A stretch of 64,000 nt of DNA from an uncultured Leptospirales bacterium (GCA_964624235.1 CAZUXY010000019.1:1280-65279); one strand, 5' to 3'. Shown: positions 31,685 through 41,945, numbered from the stretch's first letter. Notes: generated from the sequence alone by a model not told the origin. Program-made: numbers and translations.

Positions 31685-31919
31685 ACGTACCCCCTCACTG
31701 ATAGTATATGTATATTGTATTACATTCGTACATGGATGTTATACGGTTTTTCCCCGATGTCAATACATTTTAATTGATTCACCTGCATATTCCTTTACAC
31801 AACGTCCGACGGCATGATTTATTAAAAGAATATTTTTCTTGACGGTGGTACTCCGAGACCCCACAGTTGGGGGATTGAAATGGGTGTGTAAAACCTAAGT
31901 TCAGGAGGATTCCCGCATC

Positions 31920-32372
31920 ATGAAGCATATTAAAGGCATTCTATTGATTACGGTGTTATCGTTTATATTCGCTTTCAGTCAGGCTTTCGCGGCCGGTTCC
32001 CCTGTAGGCACATGGAAAACCATAGACGACAAGACGAAGGAACCGAAATCTTTTCTCCAGATATGGGAAAAAGACGGTGTCTATTACGGAAAAGTTTCGA
32101 AGCTGATCCTTAAAAAGGGCGAAGACCCCAATCCCCTGTGTACAAAATGCAAGGGCAGCCTGAAAGACAAACCCATACTGGGAATGACGATCATGTGGGG
32201 ATTGAAGCAGAACGGGGACGAGTATTCCGGCGGTAATATCATGGACCCCGATAACGGGGAAACCTATCGCTGCAAAATCAAGCTGCTCGATGGAGGCAAG
32301 AAACTCGAAGTAAGGGGATTCATCGGCATATCCCTGCTGGGCCGATCACAGTACTGGCACAGGGCCGATTAA
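31920..32372 (+). CDS. DUF2147-family secreted protein
   Basis: Signal peptide; GTWKTIDDKT...GKVSKLILKKGEDPNPLCTKC...GNIMDPDNGETYRCKIKLLDGGKKLEVRGF matches the DUF2147 pattern. Confidence 0.6.
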   Translation: MKHIKGILLITVLSFIFAFSQAFAAGSPVGTWKTIDDKTKEPKSFLQIWEKDGVYYGKVSKLILKKGEDPNPLCTKCKGSLKDKPILGMTIMWGLKQNGDEYSGGNIMDPDNGETYRCKIKLLDGGKKLEVRGFIGISLLGRSQYWHRAD

Positions 32373-32400
32373 CGCCGGTCCGCGTCACTCAAGCATCTGC

Positions 32401-32437
32401 ATGCCCCGGAGGTCATACCGCCGGGGCATTTCATTTA
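32401..32437 (+). terminator. intrinsic terminator after DUF2147 gene
   Basis: Stem ATGCCCCGG/CCGGGGCAT with an 11-nt loop, followed by TTCATTTAT; 29 nt after the stop codon. Confidence 0.5.
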
Positions 32438-32648
32438 TGCCTGCCGCGCTGTCAAAAAAACTATCTGTAATTTAATTATTGACCTTTGCTTCATTTCCGC
32501 GGTAATCTAATACCGGCTGGGCCGTAAGGATGTTTGCCGGTATCTCAAGAAAAAACCTGTTCTGACGGACACCGCGGATTATATGTGTTACGCATAAAAC
32601 GAACCAGATGTTCTTAGGGCAATCACCGAACCGCACAGGAGCACTGAC

Positions 32649-34943
32649 ATGACACAGGAATCAAAAACGGGTAAAAAGTCGAAATTAACAATACTGCGGG
32701 CCAGGATTGAGAAATTCGTTGAGGAGGTCTACTCCGGTGAAATTACCTATAAGAAGCTATACGGAAAACTGATAAACGCCGTCAAGGTGTTCATCGTCGC
32801 GTCCAGGAAATTCATGATGGACGATTGCATGACCAAGGCTTCCTCTATTGCATATACTTCGATCGTGTCATTGATTCCCACCCTCACCGTCGCCCTTACT
32901 TTTTATTCAATTTTTGCCGGTGTCGGGAATAAAAAAGAAGAGCTCTTCAGACGAATCACTTTATTCATGCTGGAACACAACATCAAGCTGAACATAGATC
33001 CTATTCTGGAGTCCATCTCGAGCCTCATCGAGAACGCGGGGAAGATCGGAGGGATAGGCGCCGTCATTATGGTTTTCACGGCGACCGCGGTGCTGAGGAC
33101 CCTTGAGAAGTCCCTCAACGACATCTGGAAGGTAAAAAAACAGCGTCCTTTCTTTCTGAAACTGGTCTACTACTGGGCGGCCCTGACTCTCGCACCGATA
33201 ATGCTGATCGCGGGCACCACCGTGGCGACCCAGATATCCGCCACCCTGTCACCCCCGAATTTTAAATCGGCAACTATCACACAAAACCGCGTGCTGTGGG
33301 TTACGGGCCATAAGGCCACCGTCATGACGTCTAAAAACGCGGATCTGAAAATGCAAAACATGCTGCTCGACACGATCGATCTGGACAACCAGAAAGTATA
33401 TGAATTCAGCGCCGCCGGCAGCGAGTTCAGCGAGGTTGAGTTCAGGGTAGAAAGGAACGAATTGGAAAACGCCGAGTTCAGGGACATCCAGTTCATCGGA
33501 AACAACGGGTGGATTATCGGGAAAAACGGCATCATACTGACCAGCAGCGACGGCGGCGCCTCATGGTTGCTGGCGAAGTGGGGAAATTTTAAGTTCAATG
33601 ATATCCATATGATAACCGCCATTAAAGGATTCATTGCCGCGGACAACGGTTATCTGCTTGAAACATCCGACGGCGGTGAATCCTGGTCCGTTATTGAAGT
33701 AAAGGATTTCTCGGCAAACCTTAATTCGATCTCGTTTTATAACGGTTACGGGATCATCGCGGGCGACCGTGGGACCATTGTGGTTACCGACGACGGCGGG
33801 AAAAAATGGACGGTCCGCACCCTTAACGAAGCGAAGATCAGGAACCGTTATGTGAACCTCAACAGCGTGTTTTTCTGCAACGAGAAAAAGATCTGGCTTG
33901 CGGGCGACGAGGGATTCATTCTGGTAAGCGATAACGGAGGAGTCGCATGGAGCGCTCAGCGGTACCAGGAAAAAAATTATTACGCCCTGTATTTTGAGAA
34001 CAGGGTTCGTGGTTTCGTTGCCGGCGAAAAAGGAACACTTTTGTACACTGAGAACGGTGGCGAAAAATGGACCAGGGCGAAACTGCCGTCCTCCCGCATT
34101 AATAAAATTATTCCCTGTAAAAACGGGTTTATCGCCGTCGGAGAGGCGGGAATGATCATGAAATCGACGAACGGTGGAAAAACATGGACCGGCATTGAAG
34201 GTGGAAACACCGCCGGGTTGATGCTGAATTTTTTCGCGCCCTTCATCTTTATCTGGCTGATGTTCCTGCTCACCTATATCTGGCTTCCCAACATGAAGGT
34301 GCCGTTGAAACCGGCTTCCATCGGCGCTTCGTTCACGGGTGCCGTCTGGGTGATTTTCATACTGGTTTTTATCGTATATATTAAATCATTCGCCAAGGGC
34401 ACTTTCGCCATCTATGGAGGACTGGCGGCCATCCCCATATTCCTCCTGATGATTTACGCTTCCGCGCTTATCACGCTGTACGGCGCCGAAATTTCCTATA
34501 CACTGATGCATCCCCATACCTACGCCAACCTGAAAAGGACCTTTAAGGACCGAAACGACATCGTCATCTATTACGGTATATCCATCCTGTACGCCGTCTA
34601 CCGGAAATTCGAGGAGGGGAAAGGCGCCTCATCATTCAACGACCTGCTGAAAGCCGTCGCCAACAGGGCTGACGAGGTGGATTACTATACCGCGATGTTC
34701 ATGAAGGAGAACCTTATTCTCCAGGCCGAGGGCGGAGGATGGGTTCCCACCAATTCATCCATGAACATAAAGGTTTCGGATATCGTGGACCTGATGCACG
34801 GAATCAGCCTTACCGTCCCCTCTCATGGCGGGCCCGATGGGTTGCGCAAGTATTTCAACCGCCTTTTCTCGCAGATGCACGACTCGCACCGCGAGGTGCT
34901 GAAGGGGCTTACCCTGGGAAAGATAATCAGCGAGGCCAAATAG
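32649..34943 (+). CDS. YihY/BrkB-family membrane protein with an inserted BNR/Ycf48-like beta-propeller and a C-terminal soluble extension
   Basis: N-terminal YihY helices (ASSIAYTSIVSLIPTL...). An about 330-aa insertion has six to seven repeats of the BNR motif S/T-x-D/N-G-G-x-x-W (SSDGGASW, TSDGGESW, TDDGGKKW, SDNGGVAW, TENGGEKW, STNGGKTW). YihY C-terminal helices follow (LPNMKV...YGGLAAIPIFLLMIYASALITLYGAEIS), then about 190 aa more. Confidence 0.7.
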   Translation: MTQESKTGKKSKLTILRARIEKFVEEVYSGEITYKKLYGKLINAVKVFIVASRKFMMDDCMTKASSIAYTSIVSLIPTLTVALTFYSIFAGVGNKKEELFRRITLFMLEHNIKLNIDPILESISSLIENAGKIGGIGAVIMVFTATAVLRTLEKSLNDIWKVKKQRPFFLKLVYYWAALTLAPIMLIAGTTVATQISATLSPPNFKSATITQNRVLWVTGHKATVMTSKNADLKMQNMLLDTIDLDNQKVYEFSAAGSEFSEVEFRVERNELENAEFRDIQFIGNNGWIIGKNGIILTSSDGGASWLLAKWGNFKFNDIHMITAIKGFIAADNGYLLETSDGGESWSVIEVKDFSANLNSISFYNGYGIIAGDRGTIVVTDDGGKKWTVRTLNEAKIRNRYVNLNSVFFCNEKKIWLAGDEGFILVSDNGGVAWSAQRYQEKNYYALYFENRVRGFVAGEKGTLLYTENGGEKWTRAKLPSSRINKIIPCKNGFIAVGEAGMIMKSTNGGKTWTGIEGGNTAGLMLNFFAPFIFIWLMFLLTYIWLPNMKVPLKPASIGASFTGAVWVIFILVFIVYIKSFAKGTFAIYGGLAAIPIFLLMIYASALITLYGAEISYTLMHPHTYANLKRTFKDRNDIVIYYGISILYAVYRKFEEGKGASSFNDLLKAVANRADEVDYYTAMFMKENLILQAEGGGWVPTNSSMNIKVSDIVDLMHGISLTVPSHGGPDGLRKYFNRLFSQMHDSHREVLKGLTLGKIISEAK

Positions 34944-34957
34944 GAGCGGGAAGGGAA

Positions 34958-35845
34958 TCAATATACGTAATACCCGAACACAAAGGGGATGATGATGGTG
35001 TGACCGGCGATATCGTCGGGCACCGCACCGAAGTTCTTCGAGAGCCTGATAGCGTCCATACAGGACGCGTCAAGAGGACGATTCCCCTGCGAATCGACGA
35101 TCACCACCTCGAGCACATCACCTTTGCGGTTCATGGTGAAAAACAGCTTCACCTCCTGACTGGGAATGGCCATTATACGCGTGCGGCCGGGCGTGTACGT
35201 ACCGGTAACAGGATCGTAACCGTAAAGGATCGCGTTTGCCAGCATGGGAGGAAACCAGTTGGAGGCTATCTTGTCTTTCATCGCCTTGAAGTAGCGGAAA
35301 TTTTTAAACTTCTTGGTGTTGAACGAGAACCTTCCGTCATTGGAATAATATATAGCGTTTTTCGGCGAGAAGCTGTTCTTATCGGGGATAGTGGTGAAAT
35401 CGCTTTGTCCCTCGAATCCCAGCATGCTGCCGAAATCGTACTGGGCCATTGAAATAACCAGCTCCGTGTTCCTGGCGATCAGCAGTTCATTACGGTCTCG
35501 CCGTACGGTGCTCTTCGTCGCCGTACGCCCTGTCCGGGGGTTTCCCCTTTTGACCTTGAAGTCCAGTGAATTGTTGAGCCAGTGGTCGCCTTTTTCGCTG
35601 GTGATAAATCCTTTTGCCGCCGAATCCCTTTCGGAGAGCAGGGTGGACCTGTCGACCATCTTTCTATCGTCTTCATTCAGGTTGACTATTATGTCCCTGC
35701 CGCCGCCGAAAAGTTTCTGTTTCGCCTTCTCCCCGGCGATCCGTCCCTGAAGATCGGGCAACACCAGGCTTACCCACCCTGCCAGGTGCATAAAAAAAGA
35801 AACTAGCAGCAGAAGGCTTAGTTTGATTTCCGCTGGTCTTTCCAT
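34958..35845 (-). CDS. TonB C-terminal-domain protein (membrane-anchored)
   Basis: N-terminal transmembrane anchor; the C-terminal about 90 aa fit the TonB_C pattern (YPPMLANAILYGYDPVTGTYTPGRTRIMA...VVIVDSQGNRPLDASCMDAIR). Confidence 0.5.
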   Translation of the reverse strand: MERPAEIKLSLLLLVSFFMHLAGWVSLVLPDLQGRIAGEKAKQKLFGGGRDIIVNLNEDDRKMVDRSTLLSERDSAAKGFITSEKGDHWLNNSLDFKVKRGNPRTGRTATKSTVRRDRNELLIARNTELVISMAQYDFGSMLGFEGQSDFTTIPDKNSFSPKNAIYYSNDGRFSFNTKKFKNFRYFKAMKDKIASNWFPPMLANAILYGYDPVTGTYTPGRTRIMAIPSQEVKLFFTMNRKGDVLEVVIVDSQGNRPLDASCMDAIRLSKNFGAVPDDIAGHTIIIPFVFGYYVY

Positions 35846-36165
35846 TTCCTTACTTCTTCCGTTCTTTCACCGGCAGTCATTTCATCGAGGGGCCGGAACA
35901 GATCCCTGTATACTTCGGCAAAAAACGCCCCCTGTCTCTCCACGACAACCCCGCAGGTAGACAGCAGCGACGACAGCGGCTCTCCCTCCGCAAGACTATA
36001 GCCTATAAACCACAAGCAGACAGGGAGATGACCGGGCAACACGGTTCCGGGAAATATCATCATGCATCCGGGTCCGATCACCACCGGTCCGCCGGCAAGG
36101 TCTGTGCGGACGAAAGGATCTAATCTTACATCCGCACCTGTATAAAGTAAGTCGCTGTTATACAC
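35818..36165 (-). CDS. hypothetical protein
   Basis: 115-aa ORF upstream of the TonB-like gene, overlapping it by 28 nt; no recognisable family; coding status unverified. Confidence 0.25.
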   Translation of the reverse strand: MYNSDLLYTGADVRLDPFVRTDLAGGPVVIGPGCMMIFPGTVLPGHLPVCLWFIGYSLAEGEPLSSLLSTCGVVVERQGAFFAEVYRDLFRPLDEMTAGERTEEVRKWKDQRKSN

Positions 36166-36436
36166 GGTTGTTACAGCTTAATTCTGGTTCTTCACGTTTT
36201 TAGGCCTGCATCCCGCATCATCGGCGATGCGGGCGGGTTTGCCGCTGAACCGATCCCGGAATGGCCCGGCGGGCGTCATGGGAGTGAAATTGTCTGCCGG
36301 CCGGTCTTTAAAAATTTTATATCCATGGGTTTTGTTCGCGTCTTCTCACCCGGTTTCAATGGACGGGAAGGCAATGAGCAGCGGGAGCGCCGGACGGTTT
36401 TACTCTCACGTCCGGCGATGAACGGTCTGACCTGTA

Positions 36437-38551
36437 TTATTTATTGGCTTCTTCCTCAAAGAATTTCTTGCGTTCTTCGATCACCTTTTCGGCTATCTTT
36501 CCCGAGATGGGATCGTAGTGCGAAAATTCCATCTCGAAGGTTGCCTTGCCGCTGGTCATGGCACGCAGGTCGATGGAATAGCGCAGCATTTCAGCCAGCG
36601 GGACCTGGGCCTTTACCACCGAAATACCACTGCTGTTTTCCTCGTCCTTGCTACCCATGCCGAGCACACGGCCCCTTCTGCCGTTGATGTCGTTCAATAT
36701 GTCGCCCATGTACTCCTTGTCCACGTAGATGTCAACCACCATCACGGGCTCAAGCAGAATGGGACCCGCGGTCTCCATGGCCTTTTTCAGCGCGCTGCGC
36801 GCGGCGATCTTAAACGACATCTCGGAAGAGTCTACGTCATGATACGAACCGAAGAACAGGTCCACCTTGAGGTCCACCACAGGGAACTTCCCGAGGACTC
36901 CCTCTTCAAGTCCTTCTTTAAAGCCCTTTTCGCAACCGGGTATATACTGGCGGGGAATAACGCCGCCGACGATGCTGTTTTCAAACTCATACCCTCCCCC
37001 CCTGGGCATCGGCTCTACCCTTATATGTACATCGCCGTACTGGCCGTGGCCTCCGGTCTGCTTTTTATGTTTATACGAAGCCTCGGCTTTTTTGGTAATG
37101 GTCTCACGATAGGCGATACGGGGTTCGCTGGTGGTCACTTCAATTTTGTTTTTCTCGGCGATGCTTTTCAGCAGTATATCGAGCTGCATCTCTCCCATTC
37201 CCGAGAGTACGGTCTGCTTGGTCTCGGAGTTGAATTCGTAGGTGATGGTGGGATTTTCATCGGTGATTCTTCCGAATATCTGCCCCAGCTTGTCCTCATC
37301 GCCTTTCTTGACCGGCACCAGCGCATAGGAGAAAACAGGATGCGGTGTCTCGATCACGGGAAGGATTACCAGATGCTTCGGGTCACAGAGCGTGTCCAGC
37401 GTGCTGGTTTTTTCCATTTTAACGACAACACCTATATCGCCGCACACTATGTTCGGCATCTCATACTGTTTGTTCCCGATCATGGCGTAGAGTTTCGATA
37501 CCCTGTCCTTGGAGTTCTTAGCCGCGTTGAAGACCTCGCTGTCGGGCAGCAACTGGCCGGATACCACCTTCAGATAGTTGAACCTTCCCGCATACTGATC
37601 GATATAGGTCTTCCACACCACGGCGGCAAAGGGTTTATCGGGCAGGCAGGTCACGGGACGCTCTTCGCCGGATTCCCCCATGGACTTACCCTTGTACACC
37701 CTGCCGATTTCAGGGGAAGGCACAAAATCTTTTATTACATTTATAAGATTCCTGATGCCCACGGACTTCAGCGAGGAACCGCATATTACGGGGTGCAGCC
37801 TGGCGGCGCTAAGTTGTTTCTTGATTCCACTGCGTATCTCGTCAACGGTAAGCGCCTTCCCGTCCAGGAACTTCTCTATCAGGGCATCCTCTCCTTCGGC
37901 GGCGAGTTCGATCAGCACGCTCCTCTGCAGTTCAGCGGTTTCAGCCATGTCCGCGGGGATATCGGATACCGACACCGACTTGCCGTCGGGTTTCGGCACC
38001 ATGGCCTTCATCTCGGTCAGATCGATGACCCCCTTGAGGCCCGCGCCTTCCCCGTAGGGAATGCACAGCGGTGCGAGCTTTGCGTTCAGATTGGTTTGAA
38101 TATTATTGACGATCTTTTCGTAATTCGCCCGCTCCTTGTCCATCTTGTTTATGAAGATTATTCTCGGTATATTTTTCTCTGAAAGGTAACGCCACGCTTT
38201 TTCAGTTTCTATCTGCACACCGTCGACGGAATCCACCACAAGAATGGCCGCTTCAGCCACCTGCAGCGCGGCGCGGGCTTCACCGATAAAATCCGACATG
38301 CCGGGAGTATCGATAATGTTGATTTTTACGCCGTCGACCTCGATAAATCCCATGGCGCTGCGTATGGACATCTGTCGTTTCTGTTCTTCTTCGTCATAGT
38401 CGGAGGTAAGGGTGCCACCGGCGGGATTTCCGATGCTGTCGATCTTTCCACCGATGAGCAGTATGGCATCGAGCAGTGTGGATTTTCCGGTACTACCATG
38501 GCCGACAATGGTTACATTTCGTATCTGCTCAGTCTTGTATTCATTCAGCAT
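36437..38551 (-). CDS. elongation factor G-family translational GTPase (divergent paralogue)
   Basis: 704 aa with the five-domain EF-G layout. P-loop GHGSTGKST, switch II IIDTPGMSDF (Met in place of the catalytic His of DTPGHVDF), NKMD G4 motif. GGAGGA ribosome-binding site upstream. Confidence 0.8.
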   Translation of the reverse strand: MLNEYKTEQIRNVTIVGHGSTGKSTLLDAILLIGGKIDSIGNPAGGTLTSDYDEEEQKRQMSIRSAMGFIEVDGVKINIIDTPGMSDFIGEARAALQVAEAAILVVDSVDGVQIETEKAWRYLSEKNIPRIIFINKMDKERANYEKIVNNIQTNLNAKLAPLCIPYGEGAGLKGVIDLTEMKAMVPKPDGKSVSVSDIPADMAETAELQRSVLIELAAEGEDALIEKFLDGKALTVDEIRSGIKKQLSAARLHPVICGSSLKSVGIRNLINVIKDFVPSPEIGRVYKGKSMGESGEERPVTCLPDKPFAAVVWKTYIDQYAGRFNYLKVVSGQLLPDSEVFNAAKNSKDRVSKLYAMIGNKQYEMPNIVCGDIGVVVKMEKTSTLDTLCDPKHLVILPVIETPHPVFSYALVPVKKGDEDKLGQIFGRITDENPTITYEFNSETKQTVLSGMGEMQLDILLKSIAEKNKIEVTTSEPRIAYRETITKKAEASYKHKKQTGGHGQYGDVHIRVEPMPRGGGYEFENSIVGGVIPRQYIPGCEKGFKEGLEEGVLGKFPVVDLKVDLFFGSYHDVDSSEMSFKIAARSALKKAMETAGPILLEPVMVVDIYVDKEYMGDILNDINGRRGRVLGMGSKDEENSSGISVVKAQVPLAEMLRYSIDLRAMTSGKATFEMEFSHYDPISGKIAEKVIEERKKFFEEEANK

Positions 38552-38683
38552 TCCTCATCCTCCAGATCAAATGTAGGTATGGAGATTCCAGGCTCCTAAT
38601 GCGCTTCCAGGGCAGGCACACCGGCAGATAAAGTAAAGAAGGGTTAATTTTTTGTAAAGTGTTTTATGGAGCGGAGGGTTAAA

Positions 38684-39616
38684 TCATTTCTCGTACACGT
38701 CCAGATTGTTTTTCCCCTGTTCTTTGGCTTTCACCAGTGCACGCTCGGTGTTTACCAGCAGATCGTTCAGTATCGTTTCAATCGTATCCTGGTCTCTCGT
38801 ACCCTTGCTGAACGCGTACCAGCCTATACCTATATTCGCGGAAAGTTCTATATTGGAATCGCCGAACTGCAGCGGCCACTCGTTGAGTTCCTTGAGTATC
38901 CTTTCTGCGACGACGAGGGCGCCTTTACGGTCGGTTCGCGGCAGCAGCAGCAGGAATTCCTTGTCTCCGTACCTGCCCAGCTTGTCGTATTCGCGACAGC
39001 ACTTTTCCAGTCTCCGGGCGAACTCTATCAGCACCAGGTCGCCCGCAAGTTTCCCGTATTGTTCATTTATGGACTTGAAGTCGAAAGCCTCGACCAGTAT
39101 CATGGACAGGGAACCCTTCTCCCGGGAGGTCCTGTTCAGTTCGCGCAGTCCCTCGTCCAGCAGCACCCTGCGGTTGAATGTCCTGGTAACGGGGTCTTCT
39201 TTCGCGAGTTTCATGAGCTTCTTCTGGCTGTTCACCAGTTTGTTCTCGAACTGGTGTATCCTTACCCCCACCCTGATGCGGGCCGACAATTCTCCTTCAT
39301 CGAAGGGTTTCAACAGGAACTCATCCGCACCGGCCTCAAGTGCGCCCATCACGCCGTTTTTTTTAGTCGCCCCGCCGAGCATGATCATATACACATAGCG
39401 GCCCAGCCTCAGTTTTCTGATCTTTTTGCAGATTTCGCCCCCGTCCACCCCGGCAAGGTCTTTATCGATGACCGCAATGTGGATGTTTCCCCTGGCTGTC
39501 ATTTCAACGGCCATGTCGGCATCCCCGGTCTTTACGGGATCCAGCCCCAGGTTTTTCACCACCTTTTCTATGATCTTGCTGATGAAGTGATCCTCTTCAA
39601 TGATCAGGACTTTCAT
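38684..39616 (-). CDS. response regulator: receiver domain + degenerate GGDEF domain (I-site retained)
   Basis: Receiver domain (acidic pocket IIEED, phospho-acceptor in IAVIDKDLAGVDG, LLKPF). GGDEF domain with FDFKSIN, but the active site reads RYGDKEF instead of RYGG(D/E)EF. The RxxD I-site (REYD) sits in the canonical position just upstream. Confidence 0.8.
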   Translation of the reverse strand: MKVLIIEEDHFISKIIEKVVKNLGLDPVKTGDADMAVEMTARGNIHIAVIDKDLAGVDGGEICKKIRKLRLGRYVYMIMLGGATKKNGVMGALEAGADEFLLKPFDEGELSARIRVGVRIHQFENKLVNSQKKLMKLAKEDPVTRTFNRRVLLDEGLRELNRTSREKGSLSMILVEAFDFKSINEQYGKLAGDLVLIEFARRLEKCCREYDKLGRYGDKEFLLLLPRTDRKGALVVAERILKELNEWPLQFGDSNIELSANIGIGWYAFSKGTRDQDTIETILNDLLVNTERALVKAKEQGKNNLDVYEK

Positions 39617-39981
39617 GATTGACCCTGTGTGTTGTGGATTTTTTGGTTTTTCACGGGCGGCACCTACATGGAAATCAGCCGCGATCGGCCACTCTACCGC
39701 ACGAACGGGAACCCGCTGTCACCCGGATTTTACCTGTGTCCGATTAAGCTATCCTATAGTCAGAGTACAAAAAAATCAATCCCAAAAAGCTGAGATTTTA
39801 TTGACTTTGATGCCGGCGGCGATATTCTTAATACTATTACGAGACACCATACGGCATTAAAACCACAGATAATTCCATACCCGCGCGAAGGAAAAGTAGA
39901 GTACCACGATGTTCCGGATATTTTATCTTTTCGCGGCGTCACCGCGCCGGCGCTCTTCACACAGGTTCCCGGAGGGCCTTT

Positions 39982-41364
39982 ATGAAAATCAAAGTGGCTG
40001 TTCTTCTCATCGCGTGCGCGTTACAGACGGCCTTCGTGCTTCCTCTTAACGCGGTGTCCTATGAGGCTTCGACCCTCCATAACGCGGTTTCGCGAAGTGA
40101 AACCGTTCTGGACCTGTTCTTCGCGCGATGGCGGCATATCCAGGAAAAGGAACTCTATTTCGACCTCTTCGGCCGCATCAACTGGGTGCCCAACTTCAAG
40201 ATAAACACCGTGAACACCGGCTCCGGGGAAAAAGAGTCGGTCCCGATGACGCTGGTCCGTACGTACGGGAGCGTCACGCTTAATTTTCCAATCATCGGCG
40301 GATACGAGGGTGCCGGCCTTTCCGACCGGTTGTCGGGAAAAAGAAAAAGGGAGACGGAGGAAGAATCGAAAGGGACCGGTCCCCTGGGCCTGTGGAAACC
40401 CAGGAACCTGATACTCGGCGTTACCGCCACCGGCTTCCATTACGGCCTTACCCGCAAGACCACCGTGAACCGCGGCAGCGCGGGAACTGAAAGCGTCACC
40501 GACTATAAATACTCCCAGTTCTTCGACGATATCTTCGCGCTTTCGGTACTGTACCTGCCATATTTCTACCTGCACGGCGGGGTGATCATCAACAACCAGA
40601 TCGAACCGAACGACGACGGGACCATGGACTACAGCAACTCGGCCAACCGTACGGTGAGGTATTTTTTCGCATCAAACCTGCTGTCGTTTCTGAACCTTAA
40701 CGCCGCCACGACATCGGAAAAACTTGAATCCATCGCGGTCGACGTCAGGGTCACCCGGCTCCTTGAAATGGCGCTGGGAACCCTTCCTTTGACGGTACCC
40801 CAGGTGACGATAACCTACAAAATGATCAATCTCTATAACGACGAGCCCTATGACGCGGTGTGGGTGCGAAGCGCGATCGCAAAGGACAGCAGCCCTAAAT
40901 CGTCCATACTGTCCGACAGCCTGAAGGAAGACGCCAGGCTCCATACCCTGGGGCTGCTGGTGGAAGAAAACCTCTTCTATTATGTCTACATAAAGTTCAA
41001 TGTCGAGTTTCAGGAACCTTCCGAGACCCTGTTCGACAAACGCACCAACAGGAAACTGGTCTTCGATCCCCTGAGAGAAGCGTATGTGTCGGTGGCCTAT
41101 AATTTTCTGGGGAAGAAGGCCGCCGACGGCTATCTTTTTACTGTAACCGTCGGCGCCAGCCGTTTCTGGGACCCGGCGATACCCGTGCATCGCAGGGAAG
41201 GATCGAAATTTTATCTGTACGGAGGCTTCGGCGCCCTGACGTTTACCACACCCTTCGGAGGGGCAGAACTCAAGGCCGTGTACAACTACGCACCCGAAAT
41301 ACGCAAGCTGGTGGAGACCGCCGACAAGGCGGCCCTTGAGGGCAGCGTCTTCTTTAATCTGTAA
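39982..41364 (+). CDS. secreted hypothetical protein (possible outer-membrane protein)
   Basis: Signal peptide MKIKVAVLLIACALQTAFVLPLNA; 460 aa; C-terminal ...VFFNL. Confidence 0.5.
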   Translation: MKIKVAVLLIACALQTAFVLPLNAVSYEASTLHNAVSRSETVLDLFFARWRHIQEKELYFDLFGRINWVPNFKINTVNTGSGEKESVPMTLVRTYGSVTLNFPIIGGYEGAGLSDRLSGKRKRETEEESKGTGPLGLWKPRNLILGVTATGFHYGLTRKTTVNRGSAGTESVTDYKYSQFFDDIFALSVLYLPYFYLHGGVIINNQIEPNDDGTMDYSNSANRTVRYFFASNLLSFLNLNAATTSEKLESIAVDVRVTRLLEMALGTLPLTVPQVTITYKMINLYNDEPYDAVWVRSAIAKDSSPKSSILSDSLKEDARLHTLGLLVEENLFYYVYIKFNVEFQEPSETLFDKRTNRKLVFDPLREAYVSVAYNFLGKKAADGYLFTVTVGASRFWDPAIPVHRREGSKFYLYGGFGALTFTTPFGGAELKAVYNYAPEIRKLVETADKAALEGSVFFNL

Positions 41365-41378
41365 GGGAGGAGAAATAC

Positions 41379-41945
41379 ATGAAACCCGTTATATACAATC
41401 CCCTGCGGTCGTTACTTCGACTGGCACCCGCGGCCGTTGCAACGCTTTTTCTGCTGCTGCCCGGCTGTTCCTACGTGATGGACACCATTGAGGGTGCCAT
41501 AAATGAACGCGCGTCTTTTTCAATAAAGGCTGAATATATCGGAGGCAATACGGTAAGAATCACATGGGACGAAGGCGATTACAGTGAGGGATTTGCCGGG
41601 TATGAAATTTATATGACCAAAGAGCAGGATGACGAGTACGTTGATTATACGATCGCCGTTGCTCCTACCTCGTTAGGTTTTTCGGACCTGCCAGATAACC
41701 TCACCCTGGCCATTGATGGTTCTTTGCAGATCAATACAACCAATACCTGTAATCATGTTGTGACCTCATTGACAACTGTAAACCGCGGGGTTTACTTTTA
41801 CCGACTGGGCATCATTCACTGGGACAAGGAAAAACTGTCGGAGCGAATCCCGGCAAACGGATATACCGGTGATTATGCAACGGATTATCCTTTAAAAACC
41901 AGTATCGACCGCATAAGCGGTGCAGCCAGGGTTGTAATTCCATAA
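41379..41945 (+). CDS. lipoprotein (hypothetical)
   Basis: Signal peptide with lipobox LLPGCS; 188 aa; 14 nt downstream of the previous gene, likely co-transcribed. Confidence 0.5.
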   Translation: MKPVIYNPLRSLLRLAPAAVATLFLLLPGCSYVMDTIEGAINERASFSIKAEYIGGNTVRITWDEGDYSEGFAGYEIYMTKEQDDEYVDYTIAVAPTSLGFSDLPDNLTLAIDGSLQINTTNTCNHVVTSLTTVNRGVYFYRLGIIHWDKEKLSERIPANGYTGDYATDYPLKTSIDRISGAARVVIP

